25,030 nucleotides of DNA, taken from positions 1 through 25,030 of the IMG/VR virus record IMGVR_UViG_3300026626_000004. One strand, given 5' to 3'. A model generated the notes under the pieces. That model did no database searches. It had not been told where the DNA came from and was given only the letters and a program-made list of their open reading frames with translations. Position numbers and translations under genes: made by a program. This document shows, one piece after another, positions 1 to 7,160 of the stretch (positions are counted from its first letter, which is position 1; each line of letters opens with the position of its first letter). This DNA is from a virus (Duplodnaviria > Caudoviricetes).

Positions 1-540
1 GAAGTAGATACTACAGAGTTAAAGGAAAAGAAAAAAGAATTAATTAGAGAACAAGATCAATTAAAAGAGAAATTATCTTACAGAAATCAGCAGAAAAAGA
101 TCCAGGAAAGAATCAAGGAACTTAGAGAACAGGAAGCAAAGCTAAACAAAGAATATTCTAACTTAGAAAAATACGAAAATCTTACAGATGAATTCATAAC
201 CACAAAGGTGAATATTTTAGAACAAAAAATAAACTCAAGATTCAAAAATACAAGATTCAAACTTTTTGAAAGACAAATAAACGGTGGGATAAAAGAAACA
301 TGTTCAACTCTTATAAATGGAGTTCCTTTTGAAGACGCAAATAACGCTGGAAAGATACAGTCAGGAATAGACATTATAAATGTTCTTAGTGATTACTATA
401 AGATTCAAGCACCTATATTCATAGACAATAGAGAATCGGTTAACGAAATACCAGAAACAGATAATCAAATAATTAATTTAATAGTAACTACAGATAAAAA
501 ATTAAAAATAGAAAACAGAGAATTTGAGGAGGTTAAATAA
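1..540 (+). CDS. C-terminal part of a phage SbcC/Rad50/SMC-like ATPase (5' truncated by the window)
   Basis: Frame 1 is open from base 1 (coiled coil EVDTTELKEKKKELIREQDQLKEK...). It continues into FKLFERQINGGIKETC...NNAGKIQSGIDIIN...APIFIDNRES, resembling the signature/Walker B region of ATPases found upstream of phage recT. Confidence 0.8.
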   Translation, partial: EVDTTELKEKKKELIREQDQLKEKLSYRNQQKKIQERIKELREQEAKLNKEYSNLEKYENLTDEFITTKVNILEQKINSRFKNTRFKLFERQINGGIKETCSTLINGVPFEDANNAGKIQSGIDIINVLSDYYKIQAPIFIDNRESVNEIPETDNQIINLIVTTDKKLKIENREFEEVK

Positions 541-1445
541 TGAGTCAAATAGAAGTAAAAAGAAAAAATGAAATAGAAGAAAGTGGAGATCATAAAACAT
601 GGGTTGAAGCGATTACTTCTAAAATATCAGAGTTAGAAAATAAAGAAGGCTTTAGTGTTCCTAAGAACTACTCTGTAGCAAATGCTGTGAAATCAGCTTA
701 CTACAAACTCATAACAGCAAAAACTAAAGACAAACAACCCGTTTTAAAAGTTTGTGATAAAAAATCTATTGTTAATGCTCTTATGGATATGGCCATACAA
801 GGTTTAAGCCCAGCAAAAAATCAGTGTTATTTTATTCCCTATGGAAAAGAATTACAGTTACAAAGAAGTTATTTTGGAACTGTAGCTGCGGTTAAAAGAA
901 TGAGCAATGTAGAAAATGTATACGCAACTATAGTTTATGAAGATGACAAATTTAAATTTGGAATAAACCCAGAAACAGGAATATATGAAATTTTAGAACA
1001 TGAGCAATCTTTAGAAAACATTGACATAAATAAAATAAAGGGAGCTTACGCAGTAGTAGTTACTTCTGATGATTCACCAAACTACGTTGAAATAATGAGT
1101 ATTGCTCAAATAAAACAAGCGTGGGGTCAAGGAATGATGAACGGAAACTCTAAAGCACATCAGAATTTTACAGACCAAATGGCTAAAAAAACTGTAATAA
1201 ATCGTGCATGTAAGATGTTTGTCAACACTTCAGATGACAGTGATTTGCTTGTCGAATCGTTCAACAATACAACAGAGAATGAATATAAAGAATACGACGA
1301 AGATCAAGAAGTAAAGGAAGAAATCAAAGAAGCACCAAAAAAGACCATAAAATTTGAACAAAAGCCAAAAGAAAATAAATTGATAAAAGAAGTTCAAAAA
1401 CAATCCGACAACAAACAACCGAGTCTTGAAGATGTACCATTTTAA
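540..1445 (+). CDS. recT: RecT-family single-strand annealing recombinase
   Basis: QGLSPAKNQCYFIPYGKELQLQRSYFG and MAKKTVINRACK motifs; RBS GAGGAGG upstream; acidic C-terminal tail ending EDVPF. Confidence 0.92.
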   Translation: MSQIEVKRKNEIEESGDHKTWVEAITSKISELENKEGFSVPKNYSVANAVKSAYYKLITAKTKDKQPVLKVCDKKSIVNALMDMAIQGLSPAKNQCYFIPYGKELQLQRSYFGTVAAVKRMSNVENVYATIVYEDDKFKFGINPETGIYEILEHEQSLENIDINKIKGAYAVVVTSDDSPNYVEIMSIAQIKQAWGQGMMNGNSKAHQNFTDQMAKKTVINRACKMFVNTSDDSDLLVESFNNTTENEYKEYDEDQEVKEEIKEAPKKTIKFEQKPKENKLIKEVQKQSDNKQPSLEDVPF

Positions 1446-2175
1446 AATTTCAGTTATCGGATCTACTTCCCGGGGAAATTGCTATCTCTTAAAAGGGGAT
1501 AGCGAAACCCTTATTATCGAAGCTGGAATGAGGTTTTCAGAAGTACAGGAAAGCATGAACTATGAAATAGAAAACATTGTCGGTTGTTTGGTTTCTCATG
1601 CACATAGAGACCATAGTAAGTACACAAAAGAATTTATTAAATATGGGATAGATTGTTATATGACACCAGAAACATCAAAGAAATTAGGACTTAAGCACCA
1701 CAGAATTCATAACATACAAACAGAAGAGATATTCAAAGTAGGGAACTTTGAAATAATAGCTTTTCCAACAAAGCATGACTGTGATGGATCAGTTGGATTT
1801 TTAATCAGGCACGAATATTTAGGAACTCTTTTATTTGCTACTGATACTTATTACATAGATTATCAATTTGAAGGTTTGAACCACATTCTTATTGAAGCTA
1901 ACTACGATAAACAAATTTTAGCAGACAACATAATTGATGGAAAGATACCTCAAGTAGTAGCAAAAAGAGTAAGAAAGAGTCATTTTGAAATAGATAATTT
2001 GAAAGATTTTCTTATAAATTCAGACTTGTCTCAAGTTAAAGAAATAGTGCTTTTGCATTTATCAGACGGAAATAGCAATGCTAAAGTATTTCAAAAAAAG
2101 ATAAGTGAAGCGACTTTTATAACAACGTACGTAGCGGATTCGAACATGGAAATCATTTTACCCCCAGTAGAGTGA
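1426..2175 (+). CDS. Metallo-beta-lactamase-fold hydrolase (YycJ/PhnP-like), probable exonuclease partner of RecT
   Basis: GSTSRGNCY, HAHRDH (HxHxDH), KHD, FATDT, IEANYD and LLHLS motifs. Start is TTG 1426 or ATG 1432. Confidence 0.88.
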   Translation: MKMYHFKISVIGSTSRGNCYLLKGDSETLIIEAGMRFSEVQESMNYEIENIVGCLVSHAHRDHSKYTKEFIKYGIDCYMTPETSKKLGLKHHRIHNIQTEEIFKVGNFEIIAFPTKHDCDGSVGFLIRHEYLGTLLFATDTYYIDYQFEGLNHILIEANYDKQILADNIIDGKIPQVVAKRVRKSHFEIDNLKDFLINSDLSQVKEIVLLHLSDGNSNAKVFQKKISEATFITTYVADSNMEIILPPVE

Positions 2176-2196
2176 AGTAACACCCCTTTGAAAGTC

Positions 2197-2229
2197 TCTC
2201 GGGGGACTAATCCACCCCCGAGAATTTTT
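2197..2229 (+). terminator. Hairpin / weak intrinsic terminator before the replication initiator
   Basis: TCTCGGGGG (2197-2205) pairs with CCCCCGAGA (2215-2223), followed by ATTTTT. Confidence 0.55.
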
Positions 2230-2246
2230 ATAAACAAGGAGGATTA

Positions 2247-3026
2247 TTGATGAATGAACAACCTAATTATTATGCAATTTTAACCTCAAATGTAAGGTAT
2301 GATTTAGAGCTAAAACCAAATGAAAAATTATTATTTGCTGAAATAACAGCACTATCAAATAAAAATGGATTTTGTAATGCTTCTAATGGTTATTTTGGTG
2401 ACCTCTATGGAGTAAGGAAAGATACAGTAAGCAAATGGATTAAACATTTAAGAGATAGAGGATATTTAGAAGTAGAAATTATACGAGATGAATTTAAAAG
2501 AATCGTTGGTCGAAAAATCTACCCTATTGGGGAAAAAGCCAATACCCTATTGGATAAAAACCCAAGAGGTATAGATAAAAAAGCCAAAGGTAATAATACA
2601 AGTAATAATAATACAAGTAATAATAAAACTATTGTCGAGTATGAAGAAATTGTTAACTACTTAAATGAAAAATCAGATAAGAATTATAAGTCTACTACAG
2701 AAAAAACAAGAAGTTTTATAAGAGCAAGAACTAAAGAAGGATTTACTATAGAAGATTTTAAAACAGTTATAGATAAAAAATGCAAACAATGGAAAGATGA
2801 TCCAAAAATGAACAGGTATTTAAGACCAGAGACTTTGTTCTCTGCAAAATTCGAAGGATATCTGAATGAGGAGGTTAGCAATGGAACATATCAAAGAAGT
2901 AATAAAGAAAAAGAATATCAAAACCTCATCAACCCAGCAGGGGAAAGATATACCCCACAAGCAAGACAAGCAGCAAAAGAAGACAAAGAGTTACTGCGAA
3001 AACTGTCAGATGAAGGAAAACTGTGA
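2247..3026 (+). CDS. Phage replication initiator (N-terminal HTH, conserved phage C-terminal domain)
   Basis: N-terminal PNYYAIL...VRYD..L...EKLLFAEITALSNKNGFCNASNGYF; C-terminal YLNEKSDK..FKTVIDKKCKQW...YLRPETLF..KFEGYLNE; lies upstream of a DnaC-like gene. ATG 2250 is an alternative start. Confidence 0.88.
   Translation: MMNEQPNYYAILTSNVRYDLELKPNEKLLFAEITALSNKNGFCNASNGYFGDLYGVRKDTVSKWIKHLRDRGYLEVEIIRDEFKRIVGRKIYPIGEKANTLLDKNPRGIDKKAKGNNTSNNNTSNNKTIVEYEEIVNYLNEKSDKNYKSTTEKTRSFIRARTKEGFTIEDFKTVIDKKCKQWKDDPKMNRYLRPETLFSAKFEGYLNEEVSNGTYQRSNKEKEYQNLINPAGERYTPQARQAAKEDKELLRKLSDEGKL
2520..2624. repeat. Iteron-like 23-bp direct repeats plus an AT-rich repeat: probable replication origin inside the initiator gene
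   Basis: TACCCTATTGGGGAAAAAGCCAA (2520-2542), TACCCTATTGGATAAAAACCCAA (2543-2565), a degenerate third copy ending AAAAAAGCCAA (2587), then TAATAATACAAG twice. Confidence 0.75.
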
Positions 3027-3699
3027 AAACGGTTTTATTTATAACCCAGAGAATAGATCATATAGAGAGTGTCCAATACATAAAAAAATAAGAGAAAGAC
3101 AAGAAGCTGTTAGAACTCTTCAAGTTGAATTACCGAAAAAATTCTGGAATAAATCATTTAAAAATTTTGAAACAAAAAACAAAGAGTTAAAAGAATTCAA
3201 AGAAACAGCTATTAAATATGCAAAAGCTAAAGCTTGGAATAATGGATCTTCTCTTTTTATAAACGGTAACTATGGAACTGGTAAAACTCATATAGCTGCT
3301 GCTATAACAAGACAAGCTATATATCAAGGTCAAAGCGTCTTATTTTTGACAGGTAGCAGACTCACTGGAACTATAGAAGAAATTAGAGATAAATTCAAAA
3401 AGATGAAGAACCTGGACTTAATTATCTTAGATGATTTAGGGGAAGAAATCAAAAATAAAATAATTTTGAACGAAATATTCTCTCTTATAAACCACAGATA
3501 TGAAGCTGAAAAAGGCTTTATTATTACTACAAACAAGAGTCCAGAAGAATTTGAATCGCAGTTAATCGGTGGAAGAACATTTGACCGTATCTATGAAAGA
3601 AGCTTGATTATAACGCTTGAAGAAACAAAGAGCATGAGAAAACAAAAAAGGGAAAAATACCTAGAATGGCTAAACGAGGTGAAGCATGAAGATAAGTAG
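2881..3699 (+). CDS. DnaC/IstB-like AAA+ helicase loader
   Basis: Walker A GNYGTGKT, Walker B IILDDLG, IITTN sensor, DRIYE arginine finger, N-terminal Cys cluster. RBS GAGGAGG supports ATG 2881 over 2866. Confidence 0.9.
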   Translation: MEHIKEVIKKKNIKTSSTQQGKDIPHKQDKQQKKTKSYCENCQMKENCENGFIYNPENRSYRECPIHKKIRERQEAVRTLQVELPKKFWNKSFKNFETKNKELKEFKETAIKYAKAKAWNNGSSLFINGNYGTGKTHIAAAITRQAIYQGQSVLFLTGSRLTGTIEEIRDKFKKMKNLDLIILDDLGEEIKNKIILNEIFSLINHRYEAEKGFIITTNKSPEEFESQLIGGRTFDRIYERSLIITLEETKSMRKQKREKYLEWLNEVKHEDK

Positions 3700-3934
3700 A
3701 GATGAACGAAGATTATTAAAAGAAGCAATATCTTTTTATGCGAGACAAACAAGCCAACATATCAATGAAATCAATAGTGGAATATACAAAAAAGATTTAC
3801 CAGATGACGAAATAACAGTTGATGCAGTTAATAAATTAAAGAATAAATATGAAAGACTGTGGAAGCTTAATCAAAGAATAGGGGAGGCTGATGAAATTGT
3901 TTCAGAAGATGTCAACGCTGTGGTAGGAAACTAA
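3686..3934 (+). CDS. Hypothetical protein (82 aa)
   Basis: ORF with GAGGTG RBS, overlapping the end of the DnaC-like gene. Confidence 0.7.
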   Translation: MKISRDERRLLKEAISFYARQTSQHINEINSGIYKKDLPDDEITVDAVNKLKNKYERLWKLNQRIGEADEIVSEDVNAVVGN

Positions 3935-4083
3935 CAGATCCAGAGAGCCAAGAAAGAGGATACGGTCCAAAATGCTACAAACTATTAGGAAAGAAGCACA
4001 AAGGAATAGCAGAAGAACAATTGATGCTGTTTAATAAAAAAACTCTCGAAAGCCAAGATGGCAATCAAGAGCAAGACAATTAG
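3895..4083 (+). pseudogene. DUF6011-like zinc-ribbon reading frame with no in-frame start codon
   Basis: Frame reads NCFRRCQRCGRKLTDPESQERGYGPKCYK...EEQLMLF...*. The RBS (GGGGAGG, 3881-3887) and the ATG 3891 / TTG 3897 starts are one base out of frame. Confidence 0.65.
4036..4071 (-). terminator. Minus-strand intrinsic terminator
   Basis: Minus strand reads CTCTTGA-TT-GCCA-TCT-TGGC-TT-TCGAGAG-TTTTTTT. The G-U pair and T7 tail exist only on the minus strand. Confidence 0.65.
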
Positions 4084-4094
4084 ATTATATCACA
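4084..4094 (-). promoter_or_regulatory. Extended -10 promoter on the minus strand (TGTGATATAAT)
   Basis: Perfect TGnTATAAT; the identical 11-mer occurs at 9732-9742; points toward an adjacent terminator. Confidence 0.6.
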
Positions 4095-4105
4095 AATGAG
4101 GTGGT

Positions 4106-4315
4106 TTGATGACATGGTTTATCTTAATAGGGTTAGGGATATTATATTTCATAGCTTTTAGATTCATGCAGTTTGCAGGAGAACATAGCAATTATGAGCG
4201 GCAAATGGAAGATGAATATCAAATTCAGTTTTTAAAAGAAAAGAAGAGAAAAAAAGAGCAGAAGATTAATGATCATTTACATTTTTTAAGACACGGTTAT
4301 ATTAAACGAAATTAA
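4106..4315 (+). CDS. Small protein with an N-terminal membrane anchor
   Basis: Hydrophobic WFILIGLGILYFIAF followed by a charged tail; RBS GAGGTG. Confidence 0.7.
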   Translation: MMTWFILIGLGILYFIAFRFMQFAGEHSNYERQMEDEYQIQFLKEKKRKKEQKINDHLHFLRHGYIKRN

Positions 4316-4336
4316 AAATTTTTTGGAGGTAATAAA

Positions 4337-4495
4337 ATGTGGTATATAAAAATTCTTGATGATAAAGGAAAACTTAAACAAAAAGGACCTTTCAGACATT
4401 ATAAATTTGCTGAAGATTTAGCAAAACGTATTGCTGAAAGAGATGATATCAAAAGAACTTATTTGGTTAGGAGAGAGACAAAAATGAAAGTTTAA
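4337..4495 (+). CDS. Hypothetical protein (52 aa, not in the ORF track)
   Basis: GGAGGT RBS, then MWYIKILDDKGKLKQKGPFRHYKFAEDLAKRIAERDDIKRTYLVRRETKMKV*. Confidence 0.7.
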   Translation: MWYIKILDDKGKLKQKGPFRHYKFAEDLAKRIAERDDIKRTYLVRRETKMKV

Positions 4496-4499
4496 ACAT

Positions 4500-4607
4500 A
4501 TCCCCAGCAAATTCTAATAAAAGGCAGGTGAGAAACTCCTCCTTTAAGCTATATATACGCAGACTGATCAGTCAATTTCCCCGAGCTGGGCGGGGATTTT
4601 AGGAGGG
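4500..4607 (+). promoter_or_regulatory. Structured leader upstream of the DNA methyltransferase (terminator / alternative pairing, anti-SD)
   Basis: TCCCCG/CGGGGA hairpin plus TTTT (4578-4600); competing arm ATCCCCAGC (4500-4508); CCTCCT anti-SD (4538-4543); palindrome GACTGATCAGTC (4562-4573). Confidence 0.5.
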
Positions 4608-4611
4608 TATT

Positions 4612-5409
4612 ATGTCGTATGGAACTTTATTAAGATATCCAGGCAGCAAATGGAAGGTATCAAAAGAGATAATAAAATTGTTTCCACATCATAAAGTTTA
4701 CTTAGAGCCTTTTTTTGGCAGTGGAGCAATATTTTTTAATAAACCGCAAGTTAGATTAGAAACTATAAACGACAAAGACAACGAAGTAGTTAACCTTTTT
4801 AAAGTAATAAGAGATCACCCAAACGACATGGCCAACAAAATAAATTACACACCTTATTCACGCGAAGAGTACATGAAAAGCTATGAACACTCAGATAACG
4901 AGATAGAAAAAGCAAGAAGATTTTTAGTTAGAATGTGGCAAGCATATGGTCCGAAAACAAATGGTAGTAACCCTGGTTGGGGTAGGTCAATTAAATATGA
5001 AGGTCCAAACCGGCCATATCAATGGAGTAAAGTTCCAGGAATAATTTTAAAAATAACAGACAGACTTAAAAGAACACAAATAGAAAACAAAGATGCAACT
5101 GAGTTAATACAAGAATATGATGTTCCAGATAGTCTAATCTATTTAGATCCACCATATTTGCTTAATACAAGAAATGCAAAAGTCACTATGTATAAACACG
5201 AATACAATACAGAAGATCATGAGAAATTATTAAATGTTATTAGCAATTTAAAACATGCAAAGATAGTTATTTCAAGCTACGAAAACGATTTATACGAAAA
5301 TTATTTAAAAGAATGGAATAAAGAAGAATTTAACTCTTATTCTATAGCTGGAAGTTTAAGGAAAGAAGTTGTTTATTTTAACTATAGAAATAAAAATAAA
5401 CTTTTTTAG
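4612..5409 (+). CDS. DNA adenine methyltransferase, D12/Dam family (orphan)
   Basis: LLRYPGSKW, YLEPFFGSGA (motif I), INDKD, IYLDPPY (motif IV). No cognate restriction enzyme adjacent. Confidence 0.92.
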   Translation: MSYGTLLRYPGSKWKVSKEIIKLFPHHKVYLEPFFGSGAIFFNKPQVRLETINDKDNEVVNLFKVIRDHPNDMANKINYTPYSREEYMKSYEHSDNEIEKARRFLVRMWQAYGPKTNGSNPGWGRSIKYEGPNRPYQWSKVPGIILKITDRLKRTQIENKDATELIQEYDVPDSLIYLDPPYLLNTRNAKVTMYKHEYNTEDHEKLLNVISNLKHAKIVISSYENDLYENYLKEWNKEEFNSYSIAGSLRKEVVYFNYRNKNKLF

Positions 5410-5562
5410 GAGGTAAATATGAAAAATTTTTATAAATTAAACGAAAAAGGGGATAAAAAATGACAAAGCAAGAATTTACAAAAAAATTATTAAATTAATG
5501 ACTGAAAATAATAAATAATTTTTAATTATAGACAGTTTACAAAAATTGAGGAGGTAAACCTT

Positions 5563-5745
5563 ATGAAAATGAAAGAAATTGAGAAAACTTTGGAGGAATT
5601 AGACAATATAATGTTAGATATTAAAAAACAAGAAAAATTTAAAAATGCTGAATTGATTGATTTGAAAGAAATGAAATATGATTTGGTTTCGCATGTAGAA
5701 ACTATAAATACGATAATTCAAAATAATAAAATGGAAGGAAGATGA
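5563..5745 (+). CDS. Hypothetical coiled-coil protein (60 aa)
   Basis: GAGGAGGT RBS; helical heptad pattern. Confidence 0.7.
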   Translation: MKMKEIEKTLEELDNIMLDIKKQEKFKNAELIDLKEMKYDLVSHVETINTIIQNNKMEGR

Positions 5746-5748
5746 ATA

Positions 5749-6117
5749 ATGGCAAATTATGATTATGATATATGGAATACTGGCATATGGGTTTTCAATG
5801 CTAATAAATATACTAAAGAAGACGCTAAAGCTTTATGGATAATAGGAATAGATGAAAATGACATTTTTACAAATGAAGAAATACAAATAGTATCAAATGC
5901 ACAACCACCAGAACCAGAAAAATATTATGCAAGATATTTTCCAGTTCCTCCAGACTCCGTAGATGGAAGTGATTTTGATGGTGGTTGTTATGCTTTAACG
6001 ACAACAGCTGCTGCAAGAAAGAAAAAACTTGGGGAATTTGAAGTTTGGGTAATTGAATCCCATGGTGATTTCCTAGACAGAATATTAGGAGATGACAATA
6101 ATGTCAATAGCATATAA
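5749..6117 (+). CDS. Hypothetical protein (122 aa, acidic and aromatic-rich)
   Basis: ORF fits the operon packing; no recognisable motif. Confidence 0.7.
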   Translation: MANYDYDIWNTGIWVFNANKYTKEDAKALWIIGIDENDIFTNEEIQIVSNAQPPEPEKYYARYFPVPPDSVDGSDFDGGCYALTTTAAARKKKLGEFEVWVIESHGDFLDRILGDDNNVNSI

Positions 6118-6562
6118 TAAAATAATTCTTATTGGAAGATTAACAAGAGATCCAGAAATTAGGTCAACTGTTAGTGGTTCAAATGTAGCTAATTTTTCAT
6201 TGGCTGTTGATAGGCAGTCTAAGAATAACAATGACGTTGATTTTATCAATATAGTTGCTTTTGGAAGACAAGCTGATTTTGCAAGTAACTATCTTTCTAA
6301 AGGAAAGCTCATTCTTGTTGAAGGACAATTAAGAATTAACAAATGGACAGATAGAAATGATGTAAAAAGAGAAACAGCTGAAGTATGGGCTAACAGAATG
6401 GCTTTTATGGAAACTAAAAAGGCTCAAAATCAAAATACTCAACAACCAACTCACAATCAAGAAGAATATACTGACGAAATGCCTGGATTTGATGAAGATC
6501 CATTCGAAGATATAGAAAGTAATTTAACAAGTGACAATATAAATATAACTGGTGGTGAGTAA
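6101..6562 (+). CDS. ssb: Single-stranded DNA-binding protein
   Basis: NKIILIGRLTRDPEIR...FSLAVDR...YLSKGKLILVEGQL OB-fold; acidic tail. ATG 6101 is preferred on AGGAG spacing. Confidence 0.95.
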   Translation: MSIAYNKIILIGRLTRDPEIRSTVSGSNVANFSLAVDRQSKNNNDVDFINIVAFGRQADFASNYLSKGKLILVEGQLRINKWTDRNDVKRETAEVWANRMAFMETKKAQNQNTQQPTHNQEEYTDEMPGFDEDPFEDIESNLTSDNINITGGE

Positions 6563-7160
6563 TTTGAAAGTATTAGATAAAGGATTTGTAAAACTTGTAG
6601 ATGTTTGGGGCAATGAACTAAAGATAGCAAAAATAGCAGGAATTTCATTTAATAATGAAGATCCAGACGTTGAAAAAGTTATTAAACAAATAATAAAACA
6701 TCCTTGTTTTGGGACTCCATTTGAACATGCAGGTATGAGTATTAGGGTTAAAGCTCCTATTTTTGTTTTAAGGCAATGGATGAGGCAAAGACATCTTAGT
6801 TACAACGAACAAAGTGGAAGATATACAAAGTTAGCACAAGAGTTTTATTTACCAGAAGAAGATGAAGATATCAAAATAACTTATCAGCAAAGCTACAACA
6901 AAGCGTTTGATACTTACAAAACACTTTTAGAAAAAGGAGTTAAGAAAGAAAAAGCAAGAGCAGTTCTACCAGTAGCAACTTATTCAGAAGTATTTATTTC
7001 GGGAAATTTAAGAGCGTGGTTGCATTTTATTAAACTAAGAAAAGATCCGCACGCTCAATGGGAAATAAGGCAATATGCGAAGGTAATTTATACACTTATA
7101 AGAGAGTATTTTCCAGAAACAATTAAAGCTTATGAGGTGATGAAAGATGATATTCGTTGA
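6552..7160 (+). CDS. thyX: Flavin-dependent thymidylate synthase
   Basis: VLDKGFVKLVD, TPFEH, RQWMRQRHLSYNEQSGRY (variant of RHRx7S), ARAVLP, LRKDPHAQWEIR. Start (GTG 6552 or 6555) uncertain. Confidence 0.93.
   Translation: MVSNLKVLDKGFVKLVDVWGNELKIAKIAGISFNNEDPDVEKVIKQIIKHPCFGTPFEHAGMSIRVKAPIFVLRQWMRQRHLSYNEQSGRYTKLAQEFYLPEEDEDIKITYQQSYNKAFDTYKTLLEKGVKKEKARAVLPVATYSEVFISGNLRAWLHFIKLRKDPHAQWEIRQYAKVIYTLIREYFPETIKAYEVMKDDIR

Noticed and set aside
4500-4611. Known SAM riboswitch upstream of the methyltransferase
   Set aside because: No match to the SAM-I/II/III conserved cores as I know them; kept only as an unclassified structured leader.
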